The notes beneath the pieces are model-generated. The model was not told the DNA's origin. It saw nothing but the letters and a program-made list of their open reading frames with translations, and searched no databases. 54,224 nucleotides of DNA from Chromera velia (lineage: Eukaryota). The DNA lies in assembly GCA_018398765.1 (NCBI GenBank), contig JAHBMJ010000189.1:1-54224 (forward strand). The letters are read 5' to 3'. Shown piece by piece: positions 1 to 13,815 of the stretch; the stretch's first letter is position 1; each line of letters opens with the position of its first letter. Position numbers and translations under genes: made by a program.

Positions 1-119
1 CAATCAAAATTATCAAAAGAATCGATGAATAAATGAATGTTCTAGTGAATGTTACTGAATGAATGAGTGAGTGAGTGAGTAAGTGGGTGAATGAATGAAT
101 GATTCAGGATGACTGAGCC

Positions 120-545
120 CAAAATAGCCCAAAACTGACTCTAGGTCCGAATCTAGGACTGACTCCGACTGAGCCACAGTAAATTAAACTAAGTTTGATC
201 AATTAGTACTAGCGGCATAGTCTAGCGCTGAACCTTATAGGTTGAGCCTTTTATAATAAGTTACGCTAGAAGTTATACGTGATTTTGTAAAAAATAAAAA
301 AGAATTAATTAAAATGTTCAACTTAAATTCAGAATTCTATAGATTTGGGTATCAAACATAGTATTTTTTAGTATAACTAGTGTATGACTATAGCTTTATA
401 TAATGAAGTCACTGTAGCAGATGTCAAAAAGCCTAGCAAAAGGCTTACTAGTTCAAAATTCTATACTGTTAACTATAAAATTTTTTTAAAAAATTTTGTT
501 ATATATTATTAAAGTCAGTTCTAGAGTCAGTTAGAGCTATCGAGA
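120..545. repeat. Degraded AT/TpA-rich inverted-repeat element (MITE-like relic)
   Basis: AACTGACTCTAG near 133 is the exact reverse complement of CTAGAGTCAGTT at 521-532; the interior is AT-rich with no ORF. No TSD resolved. Confidence 0.35.
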
Positions 546-972
546 GCTATGATGTACGCTATAATTTAGTTTAAGTAGCAGCACCAAACCAATTGAAACC
601 ATAAAATATTTCCCGGGCTTTCTTGTATAGGCTGTATTAGGCTAGATATTAGCCTATTATTATTATAGGCTAAATATTCGGCTATGTGCAAGCTTACAGC
701 GCTTCAAACGTTTTTTTATAGACGCTCGATCATGAAAAGTGTTCTAGGAAGTGTTTCGGCTGCTGACCGACATTCAATGAATTCTATTCATCTACCACTG
801 CATCAGGTGAGAAGCACACCCACTGGCGCGCCTTCTCAGATGTCCAAAAGCATATTTCCGTTTCTACTTCTTCAGTTTCCTGGTCTCTTTCTCGATCCGC
901 GCAGCCCTCTCACCTCGTGATTGGGGGGACTCAGGCGGAAGAATCCCTCTGCAGTTCGATCAATCACATGTC

Positions 973-3900
973 TTATTGAGCACTGGCAGGAGACTGAGGT
1001 AAAGGGACCCGCACGCTCGGAGGCTGTACAGATGCAGAGACCCTCTGAAATCCCTCAGACCACCCCTCTCGCTCAGTCTCTTTGTCTCTCTGCGTTCCTG
1101 CCCCCAACTTTTGATTCTGAAACTTGTGCACGAGACCTGCGACACCCCTGGGTCGGGGAATGTGAAGGTCGACAGAGACACAACGAACCCGAGATGCCTC
1201 ACAGGCCCTCTGCAGGGAGTCATCCCCACCCCCCAAAACATCGCGCTGCCCCCCGGCACGCTCACTTGGCACGCCTCCCAAAGAAGCGTGAGTCTGCATT
1301 CTGGAAGGCTGCACAGGCAATCCCCGATTTTCTGGAACGAACGGCGCCGGTCCGCTCCCTCTTCCCACTTGCGAAGAAGAGAAACCGAAAGGGAGAGAAC
1401 CCAAAAGGCCCCGAGAGACTGCCCCCAACCCCCCCCCTGGGTGATGCCCTCTCTGGTTAAATGCAGAAGCAGCTGATGCAAATCCAGAGGATGGGGGGTG
1501 GATTTGAAGAGCGTCTGCCTGGGATCGACTCCTAACAAGTCCCCCCCCACCCCTCCCACCGACTTGCCAATGAGTAGAGGATCCAGCGGTACTTTTCCTC
1601 ACCCCTCCCCCCACAGGTGACGAAGAGCCGAACGACACTGAGGTGGACGCTTCGGAAATTTTGGGCCCCACCCATCTGCCAGAAGGGACACCGACTCCCG
1701 ACGGCACAAAGCCCTGGGGAAATACGATTTTTCGGGTCTGTTGGCTTAGCGTAGAGCTAACGGGGTGTCCACGAAACAGGCCTGCGGGAGCTGTTGCACC
1801 CCAGAACCGCGATGCTAAGTGTCTTTCAACGGTGGCACCGTTGGTTGGAGTGTGCTGTTGTTGCTGTTGCTGCGTGCAAGAAGACGAAGACGAGGCAGCT
1901 GCTGCATGCGAATGCTGAGGGTCTTCTCTCGTTCCTCCCTTAGGAGTTCGACGCGGCGGGTGGGGATCTGTCTCCCCGCTCCTTGTCGTCAAAAGGGGAG
2001 GGGGGGGGGTGCGGGATGCGATGATTGATCTTTCATGAGCCTCGTGTGGCCATTGTGGTGGCCCCGGAAGGCTGGAGTGTGCACCCTCCGGAGGTGGACT
2101 CGACGAGTGGGGGGCAAAGTTGTGATGTCGCACTGCGGTCAAAGGGAGAGGAGCGTTGTTTGTCATACTGGTTGTTGCACTCCCCTGGCCAGTCGGGGTT
2201 GCTGTTCCTTTTTCGTTTGGGAGCGCCTCTACCTCCTCAGGGGGGGTAACCGAAAGAAGAAGGGAATGGACGGGACCGGGGGGCCTCACGATGGATGAGG
2301 CGGTCTGATTGGTTTGTGTTGCTTCGTCTCCTCTGATTGACTCTGGCACCATGTCCTCCTCTTCCTTTCTCAAACGATCGGATCGGTTTCCTTCCTTCTC
2401 TCTTTCCTCTCTCTCCTCTGGTGTGCTGCAGCCCTCATGAGCACTGGAAGGCCGGGCGGCAGAGGGTTCTTTTCCCTGCACGGAGCAGAAGGGAAGAAGA
2501 CAAAAGAAAGAAACAGGAAGAAGGGCAAAAGATCAATCAGGTCCAGACCCTGCAGGGGTAAATGACAGTATTGAATCCAGGAAAAACAGATTCATTTCTG
2601 GCAGTGGTGATGAAAAAAAAACTCTTCAAAAAGCGAGACGGAATAATCCTTTTCTCCAAACACGAATTCTTTCGCACCTGCACTCTGACCTAATGCGCTG
2701 AGGGGGAAGAGAGACAAATCCGAGCTTTGGAACGAACGAACACGTCTTCCTTGCTTCCTTCGCGTCTTGCCCCCCACCTACCCGAAGTCTCCGATTCTCT
2801 CTGAGCAATTTGCGAATCACCAGCGCGAGATCACTCACAAACTCAAACTGCAACAACAGAGAGGGGACAGAGAGAGAGAGACAGGCACTCACATCCAGTC
2901 GAAAAGAAACGAGACGCCTGCACGGGCCGCACTGAACTAATCGATTCTCTTCTGCCATGATGGTGAGCGCCTCTCTGTACATGATGCTGACTTTTTCTAG
3001 AATGCAGGTGTGCGACCGCACATACCACAGCAACCATCGCAGTGTGCACACAAGTAAGGCGAAAGGCAACAGAAATGAAAACCACAAGGAACTGGTGCAT
3101 GCTGGAAAAGAAGGATGCTGAACAGGACTAAAAGAACGGCAAACACACAGACGGGTATACAGCCAGCCTCTCAGCTGAGGAACGGATACGCACCCCCCCT
3201 TAGAACTCCCGGTGGACAACACCCTCAGGGGAGTGACAAGATCCAACTGCAACAAAACGTGAGAATGCCCAACACTGAAAACAAAAATACAAGCACCGCA
3301 TTCACTCGCTCTACCCACCTACCTCGACATCGCTCTCACCCCCGGCAGTCCCTTCCGATGCCAAGCTCTGACGCACTGCCGAGAGCACACTCCCGGCCAC
3401 TTTGTTGCTCTGCCGCAGTCCCGAGACGTCTCCTCCACTTCCCCCCTGAGAATGCAAACCCCCACGCCTAGACCTCGCACGAACAGGAGACGATGAGACC
3501 GGGGCTGTGGCACTGAAGGATGCGTACGATGCTTTCAGGTTGTCCTGAATCATCTTGCCTTCTGCGCTATTAGCTCCTTCTGCCAATGCATCCGTGGGCA
3601 GCTCCACACCATCCTTCTGGGCACTGGACTGTGTGCCCCGCCCTTTGTGCTCATTTTCTCTTTCCGGGCTTCGACGAGGGCCTTTCCGGGATAGAGAACG
3701 CGCTCGGCCCCCTCTCCCTCTTGGGGTCTTGACAGGTGTACTTCCGCCATCCTTTGAAGGTCTGGCGGACACAGCCACAGTAGGCGGCGGAGACTTGAGG
3801 GGAAGTTTTCCGGATGCATCGGGTCTTCCTCCTTCCTTTCGATTTGTCACAGCTGACTGAGAAGAAGATCGTGCTCTTCTCCTCTCCACCTTCCCATGGC

Positions 3901-4243
3901 CGTTTCCGCGTCCCCCCTGTCTCCCTACCTCTTTTTCTTTCACGGTCTTCCGCCCTCCTCCCTGTGGTGCTGTCTGACGAGACACACCTCGTTGTTGCTG
4001 TTGGCTGTTCAGACGGGCGTTTTCCCTTTCGAGAGTCTCCAAGACCTGAGGGAGGAAAGGGAAGGAGAGGGGGACATATGAGGCACAGGAATCAATAGCG
4101 GTCAGAAAGAAAGAAAACATACATGCAGGAAGTTGAACCTGCTCGGCTGTTCCTAATTCTCTGTTGATGCGTGTGTGCGTCTGTGATGATACCGCACCCC
4201 AATGTCCCAAATCTTTCTCTTTGTCTGTGTCTTTCTCTCTGTT

Positions 4244-4332
<89 letters not shown>

Positions 4333-4366
4333 AAAAAGAAAAGAAAGGAAGGAAGGAAGGAAGGAT

Positions 4367-4442
<76 letters not shown>

Positions 4443-6750
4443 GGAGAGAGACGGAGAGAGAGAAAGAAAGAAAGACAAGCAGACAGAGAAGACAGACAAC
4501 GAGAAAAAACGAGTAAGAGCAAGCGACTGACCTCTGAAACCTTCCACTTGCGGGGTCTCTGATCCTCCACATCCGTTTGCTGTTTCCCGTTCCCACTTCC
4601 CCCTTTTGCATCTTTTTCCTTTGCCACCATTTCCAATTGAGCCTGCAACATTCCCACCGTGTCCACCTCCCTACAAGACCCACTCTCTGCTGAGGTCTCA
4701 CAGGGCAAAGAGACGGGCTCGCCGGACGGAGACGGCAAAGGCCGCTTGGAAAAGGAGACGGCGGCCACGGCATCTGCACATGCCGTGGCCCCAGCGAGTT
4801 CATCTCGCAGGGCGGAGGCCGCTGCCCAGCTCTGGACCCAGGAAGATGATGCACCGGCATGCTGTGGAGGCCGCAGGGGCTGCTGGAGAGCCCCGGCATG
4901 TGACGAGTGAGGAGGGCCCGCGTGGACCCCGGCACTGGGCGGGTGCGTTGGCCATGCCGGGGCACCTCCGTTGGGTGGACCCCGGACAGACTCCTGCGCG
5001 ACGGCATGCGGCATCGACGCGCCCATCAGGCCGGAAACTGCGGGACCGGCACGAGGAGCAGGCGCCGCCCATCTGTCCTCCTGTGCTTCACAAGGCACCT
5101 GCTTGACCCTGGCGCTGTGTGGAGGTGCAGCTTGGACGGTCAGGTGTCTGTGTCTGCTCTGCCGCGTGTTTGCGTCTCCTGAGGGAGGGAAGTGTGAATG
5201 TGGGGTGGCTGGGTGCACGTCTGAGGATGTGCGGACTCTGTGGGAGTGTGGTTGAGAGCCGAAGATGAGACGCTGCTCTGCAAGGAGACGGTGTGGAGGC
5301 TGGTGACGCCATGTAGGAGGAGGGGGGATGTCGTAGGGCATGTGGGGCACCTGTCTGGCTGAGTCTGTGTTGGGGGGGGGAGCTCGGGCTGAAACGGGGA
5401 CTGGGAGACGGCTTGAGGCAAGGGAGACGGCGGAGACGGCGTGCATGCCGTCTCTGCCACTATTGACCCCCTCAGCCCCCCTGTCAGAAGCCATCCCAAG
5501 GCATTGAGTCAGCCTGAGGGGGGGGACCGGAGGACCGGCAGTAGAAGCCGCGTAAAGACCTTCTCCAGCCCCCCCTCCCTCTTCTGGTGGGCTTTCTCTT
5601 GTCGTCATCTGGTTGCCCTCCCCCCCCTCCTGCCCAGAGCCACTCCCGAGGATCGCTCTGCAGGCAGGCAAACAACCAAACCAAGACCAAGCAGCTGTTT
5701 TTTCCGAAATTCATTTTGCTGACTTATATCACGCGAGTTTAGGCACACACTCCGAGTGTTGGTTCAAGGCCGCCAATCAGATTTGAGCAAGAAAAGAACG
5801 AGAAAGGAAACTTATGGAAGGACTAAAAAGACCCTCGGTAGGTCTGCAGAGGGATGCTGAAGGGGTTGTGTCCAGAAAAGAATAGGAACGAGCGAAAGTG
5901 TGAGAGCACGCAGGCGGACTGACATCAGTTGTGACCGAAGGAGCTCATTCTCCTTCAACAGATTCTGCAAGCAGACAGCAGTCAGGGGNNNNNNNNNNNN
6001 NNNNNNNNNNNNNNNNNNNNNNNNNNNNNNNNNNNNNNNNNNNNNNNNNNNNNNNNNNNNNNNNNNNNNNNNNNNNNNNNNNNNNNNNNNNNNNNNNNNN
6101 NNNNNNNNNNNNNNNNNNNNNNNNNNNNNNNNNNNNNNNNNNNNNNNNNNNNNNNNNNNNNNNNNNNNNNNNNNNNNNNNNNNNNNNNNNNNNNNNNNNN
6201 NAAGGGAGGGAAGAAGAGAGCAAGACAAATCTCCAAACGTGTCCGTGGAGAAGATTGAACCAAATCCAATCAAGATAATCATCCCTTTATCCTCCTCGCG
6301 TCCTCGACAAGTCGCCCCCCGCAACGCCCCACCACTATAAAGAGAGAAGTGGAAAGAATCAAACCGCAAGAAGCATCATCGCACACGGGAGACAGATGGA
6401 TGGGGTGTCATGATGACTTCAATGCCCCCCCTCACTCTTTCACAACATCGAAATGATGATCGAGCCACAGCATGTCCGACGGACAGGGCAGAAACAGTCC
6501 CCCCATCTTTCTTTTTCAGCAATTAACAAACTCCCTCCGAACCAAAGCGCAAAGATGAGCTTCAAGGAAGGACAACATGAAACCTCTGCCACGTTGACAG
6601 TGAAACCACACAGCCGTTCCCCCACGCCCCCCCTCTTCCTTCAACCGACCCTATTTTCTTCCTGAAGCCTCTGTTGCTCTTGCCGCCCCCCTCCCCCTCC
6701 TCCCGTACCCAGGCCGAGGCACTCAAGCCGCACGGCCTCATTGACCGACA
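973..6750 (-). CDS. Probable coiled-coil neck and low-complexity C-terminal tail exons of the kinesin (could be a separate gene)
   Basis: Same strand, downstream of the motor: NLLKENELLRSQLM (about 5915-5970), VLETLERENARLNSQQ (about 4045), and long P/S/G-rich ORF segments 4550-5660, 3311-4045 and 973-2481 bounded by plausible splice sites. The link to the motor is interrupted by an N gap. Confidence 0.5.
5989..6201. other. Assembly gap
   Basis: Run of N. Confidence 1.
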
Positions 6751-6953
6751 CCTGAAGAGAAGAGAGAAAGACAACCACATGTGATGTGGTGAAAAAACAT
6801 CGCACCATTATTGAACGTTTGAAAGAAGGCAAAGTTTCTTCTCTGCTTCGCATGGAGGCACCTACGGCCGAGTATCCATGCGGACGGTGTTTTTGTACGT
6901 CCACAGCCCACAGCAGAAACTCATCATGCAAAAACGCACTCGTACTCATCTAC

Positions 6954-9900
6954 TGACCTCTGTGGAGAGCCTCCCGCATCTGCTAGCGAACCGCGCAGTC
7001 GAAATCGTTTCTTCCTGCATGGAGTGCACAGGCAGACAGACAGATACGATGATCCCAACTCACATACATTTACTGGTACTCAATCAAACATGGGTGAAAA
7101 AAGGTGACTGCGTAAGGAGGGAGAAGGTACAAGCTCTTGCAGCAAACGAAGGAACGACTCTTCGTTGCGGACATACATCTATTCTCTCCGGCTTTCTTTC
7201 TTTCTTTCCTTCTTTCTTTCTTTCTTTCACTCACTCACTCACGAACGAACGAACGAACATGCAGATGCGAAGAGAGACAATCCGAAGAGCTGGAAGAAAT
7301 AACAAATTGAGGGCCAACGAAAGAACGACTGGGGTTACTCAAAAGCAGTCTTTATACGACCAAAACGCCTTGAGAAAAAAATCCGGCCTGCTCTAAAGTT
7401 GCCCCCCCTTCTCAGCGTACAGAGTTCCCCTGCCACCTGAGAGAGACACGTGCAGACCACCGATGCCCCCTAGCTCCTATTTCATTTCTTTCTGCGACCG
7501 ACCAGTCTGGAGAGGTCAACAGAGAGGTTCGAAATCACGATCTGCACAGAAAGAGAAAACAGTGTAGGCGCTTTCCGTCAAACCTTTCTGGAAAAGCTAA
7601 ATGTTTATTGTACTAATGCGCGATGCCCATTCTTTACCCCAAACTGGGAAAGCTTCAACACAGAGGCATGAAGCAGAAGTAACGCACGTGCAGGAGTATC
7701 AATGAATGACAACCACCACCAACACGCAATCTCTGTCTCCCTCACGGAAAAGGAACACAGAGGTGAGCAGACGGAATAACAAACAGTCAACAACGCCGGA
7801 AGGGACCCACGTCTATATGCAAAGGGCTGCTGTGACAAAATGACCCCCTTCAGGAAGACAAGGCACCCACAAAGCCAGACTCCAAAAAAATACAAGACGG
7901 GGAAAAGCCAAATGCAGGCCATGAACCACTCAATCAATCAATCAATCAACTGATCGACCCCCCCCCCCCCCCCTCCTCGCCCCCTACGAACCGTCCTACA
8001 GCTGCCCCCAAAGGAGTCTCTCAAAAGACTTGTCAGGAGAGAATTTCGAAAAGGGACGTGACCAAGTTGCGACTGGAGATTTTCATTTCTTCCGACACTG
8101 TCACACAACATGCATGAACAGAGGAGGGGTTTGGGATGAGGCACACGAGCTCGAATGCAAAGAAAGTTCTGCCTGCCTGGAGGTTCTCATCTCATCATTT
8201 GCGCACGTAATCGAGCGATCTCGCAGGACCATCTAACTGAACGAAAAAAAGAAAATCAACTGAAAAGCTTCGACCATTCGCACTTTTCTTCTTTGTTCGA
8301 CCGAGCCCCGTCAGACTGCCACAAGCTGCCCCTCCTATCCTTGTCAAAATTGAAATATGAAAGAGCGACGCTCAAAGAACAGAAAATGGGAAGAGAAGAA
8401 ATGATCAACTCAGTGTGGAAAGGGCATGGAAGAAAGGAAAAAAACGCAGAAAGAGAAGGGAACGAGAAAGATGACCCACCAAGAGGCGCTCCCCTTCTCC
8501 CGTGCCATCAGACTCGCACTTCTTCCTCCTCTTTCCCCCTCTTCTCCCAAAACCCCCACCCCAAGAGCCGAACTCGAGGCCCAATTTCTCATGGAAGGCA
8601 CAACGCTGGAAGACCGTCCCCGAGGGGCCCCGGCATGCCCTGCAGTCTCGGGGGGATATCGTGGTGCAGAGCCCCCAAGTGCCCCGGCACGACGGGGTGC
8701 CGTCGGTGTCACTGCAGATGCAGGTCGCCCCCTCTTTTTCGTTCTTGCCCCTCCTTCCCGATCGTCCTCTTCTTCCTTTGACTCATTTTCCCTCTCTGCC
8801 AGCAGCCTCGTTCCTTTCTCCTTCTGCTGACGAATGTTCAATGCAACGATCACATGCTCCAAGTGATGGAGAGAGAGGTTAATGTGCCGAGCCTCCTGCA
8901 GACGTTTGCCTTCCAGAGTGCTGCGTCGAACCCTGGAAGACGTACACAGAACGAGGAGGCGGAGAGACGGTAGTCAGAATAGACAGAGACGCGAAAGTAC
9001 TTTCTCAACAATGCAGTAATCCAAAAGACAAACGAAGAAAAACGAACGGAATTCAGGAGAAAAACTTTTTTTTCACCGGGAGGTTCAGGGAAGAATCACC
9101 CAACCAGCATTTGTTTTTTTGCAGGGGATCTGTTTCCGATCTAAACGAAGAGATTCGAGACAACAATACAGATGAGTGAAACAACGACCTCTTAATTCGA
9201 AAGAGAAGACCAAATGACCTCTCAGATCCTGCCAGGTCGACCAGATGAAGTTTTGCAGTCCTCTCTACCACAGGCCCAGAAGGCAAACGTTCGCGCATCT
9301 GCGAAAACAAAGAAGTACGATACACGAAGGCACATAAAGACGTGCACAAAGAAGAGAAGATGCTACGAAAATCATTCCAATTCTTCTTCTTCCCTGTCTA
9401 CACATTCCTTTCCCAGGCCTGCATGGCGCATCCCCGATCACCAGACACAAACACCAAATGAAAGAGCAAAAGAAAAAAACATGATGAATCTAAACACGCT
9501 CCAGCCTCCATTCTTTCTTCATTGCTGACAGCTTCACTGAATCACTTCCCTCTCTCCCTGCCTTCTCCACTCCTACACCCACCCACCTGAAAATACATCG
9601 TGAAGATACAGTGGCTCCTACTGGACACGAGATTCATTGCAGTCTGGGCCACCGCCCGGTTCTCTGCCCCCCTCTTCAGAAGAGAAAGGGCCTCACGCAA
9701 GGATCCTACAGGGACGATCGACAGGCCGCGGGCATGAACTTGTCGGTCTGCCCCCTCGCTGCAATAAACCTGCAACATGCGCATTTAATGTAATCTATGG
9801 GTGCATACACAAATAAACACCCCATGTACGTCCCACATTTTTGCAGCAAAGAAAACACCCAAATGATGTTCCCACGGATGCATGCATGAACTTCCTTCCC

Positions 9901-12854
9901 TCAATCCACTTGGTGGTGCATCCAGCCTGACAGTCTACAACCACCATGTCTCGACCGAAACGAAACTCAGAGCGAACAAAAGCATGAAGCCTTTATCGCC
10001 AAATTGCTGCTGGATGACACAGGAAGAAGAGAAGAAGAGAAACAGTTCACCTGTCGTCCTCAACCCCCACGTCCATTCCCTTCCCTCTTTAAACCAAAAA
10101 CAGAAGTCTGCATGTCAATTTTGCACATTTACTGCATAGACGAAGACGCCTTCTCACTAAGCCCCTCTTCGTTACAGCTTACGACCAACCCACCCTTCTG
10201 AAGTGAGGTACCTCCTCCCCCCCCCCCNCCCCCCCTTCCTGTCAGTGTTCATCCCCCCTCCCCCCAACCCCGCAGACGGAGGCAATCTCCCTGCCTGCCC
10301 GAAATGGCCACCCCACGGCACCGTCTGCTGGTGCTTTGCCGTGAAGTTGTTGTCCCACGGGGGCTGCCTCGCTTTGCCTCCCCTGTGACTGGACTCTGTC
10401 AGGGGTGCTCTGCCTTGTTGGGATTCTGTCGGGGGTGACGAGGAAGGGTTCTGTTCCTGTTTTGTGGACAGACTGAGAAGGTCGTACCTGCAAATGCAAA
10501 CATGCAGACATGTATCAATGTTAAGAAAACGAGAGATACCGCTCCGGGTGGGATGATACGTTGGAAGTCTCCATCAAGCAACAACATGTTCTCATTTCTC
10601 TAGCTGCCCACCCACCCACCCGCTGACCCGATCTCATTGTAGATTTCCATGAAGGACACGGAGATGCACCAGCTCTCAATTGATGTCGAATTCTGCCTTC
10701 CGGGCCCGCCCTCTTGCTTCTGCCTCAGCATCCTCGCCCTCTTGTCGAAAAAAGATTCCAACGTTCGAGGTATCAGGCCTCGTCTTGCACCTCCCCCGTC
10801 TCCCATCATCGTGTATGTCTTTCCAGACCCGGTCTGTGCAGGTGCAGAAGCAAACAGAGATATTACTAGGAGAAAGGAGATCATGCACATGCAAGGGGGG
10901 AGGGGAAATGTCCCGAGAACAAAACAAACCCAGAGAATATTGAGGGCGCAGACGTCCAGTGGAGCCCTCTGTTCCTTCCTTGTTTTTTTCTTTTGTCGAT
11001 TTGTCTTTAAATCTTTCTGTCTTTCCTTCCTTTCTTCCTTCCTTCCTCGCTTTCTTGCTTCCTTTCAATTTGTGTCTCTTTCTTCTTTTCTTCTTTCTTT
11101 TGCCCTTTGAACCTCCGGTTGACAAGCTTTCTTTGTTCTCCGTCTCTCGTTTTCTTTTCCCTGCTCCCTCTCTTCGCGTTTCATTCTACGAGAAGACAAA
11201 AAGCAAAAACCTTGTGTATGCTGTCGCACCAGAAATCAAGTCCCTGAGAAGAGACACTTACCTGGCCATAGCAGAAGATCTGCACAGAAAAAGACAGAGA
11301 AAACAGAAAATTGTCAAACAGACGGTCTAGTCGTACCACAAATTTCCAACAGACATCCACAATGGAAGAATTTAGGCACATTCGAGGCAAATCGGCGAAG
11401 ACGCAGGGAGAGAGAGGGGGGGGGAGGGGGGGCAGGCAACGATATAGAATCTCGAGGATATAATGGTCAGTTGTCCGCAAAGGCCAGTTCATGCACGAAC
11501 ATGGAAAGAGAAGACATTCCGCGTCTCCTTTTGAAAGGAGCAAACTATGAGAGCAAAAACGCAAATCGAGACTCGTGAAGCGGTGCCTAGGTTGGGACGG
11601 TCGGCTTTTACTCGCACTCGCTTACCGTTCCGTTTCTTCCTTCAAGGCAGCTGCATGCAGAAAGCAACAAGCGCAAATGAAGAGACAGACGCACAGAAAG
11701 GGAACAAAAAAGGCTGCGGGAAGAAAATGCAAAGAACCTAGAAGGAAAGTGAATATGATCAACGGCAGAAAAGAAAAAATGAGAACCGAACAGATCGTTC
11801 GAGAAGACAAGAGAAGAAAACAACACAGACATGCACAGAGAAAGCCAGGAAGGAAGACGGAGACGCACCTGTCCAGCATTTTCAGTCCCAACCTGTCGAA
11901 GACTTCCGCCTGGCCTGCAGAAGGAAAGAAAGAAAAAAAGAGGAAGGACCAGCAGGGAAATTAATGATCCGAGGAATCAATTGAGCTGCGCATTGTCAGA
12001 AAAGCTCTATAACCAAGATGGTCTTCGGCAGATGGGCAAAGAAAAGGCGCGCACGATGCCTCCAAGAATGGCAAACAATGTTCATCCCTGTGCTGTCCTG
12101 TTCCGGTCCTTCCTAATTGCTGCTGAGGTGCACGCCATGCCCACTCTCACTGCCTGCCTCCATTCCTTCCGATCAAAACAGTGGACCAAGTCTCAGCTAC
12201 AGACTCATGCGTCAATAAGCGCGCAACAACAAGCCATTCATTGTCGGCAACCCCCGCACGCTCATACCTGCTTTGGGATCGAAGCAGTGGTCGAACGAGA
12301 ACTGAAGAGGGGGCTGCAACAACAACGAGTATCAAAAATCAAGGGGGAAAGGGTCACTGACAGAAAGGAGAATGGTGTTTTGCCTCTAGGGAGAACGAAA
12401 CAAAACGGGGAGAAGATCCAGAGGGGAAAAAGAAAAAAAAAACTGAGCGGAAGGGCTTTCATGTACTGCATCCTGGGAGAGTCACAAGGGACTCGCCCTC
12501 GTTGAATGTGGACAGGGGCAGAGGTTTCCTTCCCTCCTCTTTCTCTTTCCACGGGTATCCTTGACAACTAAGAGGAAGGAGCAACACCGACCAGACTGAG
12601 GGACATGTCTGCGGGACCGAGAAAGAGCTGGACCCCCTCGGCGTCGTCCCCCTTCCCGTTTCCCTGGGCCTGGATCTTTGCCTTTTCGATTCCATAATTG
12701 ACTGAATGTGCCCTGCAACAAAAGCGGAAGAGGGAGAACACACACTTCAAACGAGCGAAGGTGCAGATACGCGAGTGTCAAAGAGCGCTTCTCAAGCAGC
12801 AACCGACGTTGCTGGGGGCCGGAGCCTGCCGAAGCTTTCCACTCGGTACTTCAT
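6954..12854 (-). CDS. Kinesin motor domain, kinesin-9 (KIF6/KIF9-like), multi-exon
   Basis: Exons joined by eye at GT-AG sites read MKYRVESFGRLRP (ATG 12854), PLQFSFDHCFD, QAEVFDRLG, CLEGRNGT, IFCYGQ|TGSGKTYTM (P-loop), VSFMEIYNE, YDLL, MNLVSSRSHCIFT (switch I), KLHLVDLAGSER (switch II), EARHINLSLHHLEHVIVAL, HVPFRNSLLTSLLRDSFGG, EETISTARFASRC. The NLSLHxLExVIxAL motif resembles KIF6. The 3' boundary is approximate. Confidence 0.9.
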
Positions 12855-13815
12855 CGGACCAAACGGACACCTCGCCTCGGATTTCGTTTCCCCTCTGCCT
12901 GTTGTTTGTGCCTCGACACACTGAAAGGATGCAGCGCCTTTCCTGCCAGTGATATACTCAGTCCTGGACAGAATGAGTGCTGTGCAAGGTTGAAAAAACC
13001 CTCCTCTCTACGTACAGATGACAGAAGAGGCGCCTTGCTTCTGCTACTAGTACAGAAATCTGCCAGACAGTCAGCACAATTAGGGATTGGATTGTGGAGA
13101 CGGAGATGAGTGGGCCTTCTGCCACTGGACTTTTGGATTCAAGAGACGTTCGATCAACCTCGTCCACCTGCGCTCGAGCAGAAAATTCGACTTGCACGGC
13201 AGTCAGGACATGTCAGGACAATGTGAGTACGACTGCGTGTATTAATACAAGTCCGATCAGAATTCTGAACAGCTAGAGACGATTGCTGTCAGATCGATCG
13301 ATCGATCGATCGATCGTACATTTTTTTTGCGGTCGACACACATGCAGCTAGTCTATGATTAGTGCCGTGGCCCCCGGCCATGGTATCTGTTAAGGCCCTT
13401 AGCCGCGTACAACAACATCTGTATACATCTGTTGCATGCACCACGTACGCAGCTCTCACCACTGGGGGCCACGGCATGTCCCGTAGGGACATATTACATC
13501 TATGCATGTCTATATATGCTAGTCTACACGCACAACTTTTCACGAAAATTTTTCGTGCCCCACGCAAACACAATTAACCGTTGCGCAAATTATGTTGCAC
13601 GCGCGTGCAACAGTCGATCGATCTCTTGGAATCATCCGACGACGCGGTACGAAACAACAGTTACAACACTCCTGAACTAGGCTCAGGCCGCTCAGCTAGC
13701 TACTGGCAGTAGCAGCTGAGTATACGTAGCCCTATCTTGCCACGGTCTTGGTACGTATAAGACGCTTCCTTTGGCTGCACACAATCTCACGTCATTCCGT
13801 CTTTTGCTTAGCACG

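Noticed and set aside
4092..4562. Hydrophobic or charged ORFs (SFFL, ERER repeats)
   Set aside because: Translations of intronic (GAAA)n/(GA)n microsatellites; the same applies to ORFs at 15-17.6 kb, 32.1-32.7 kb and 52.5-52.7 kb.
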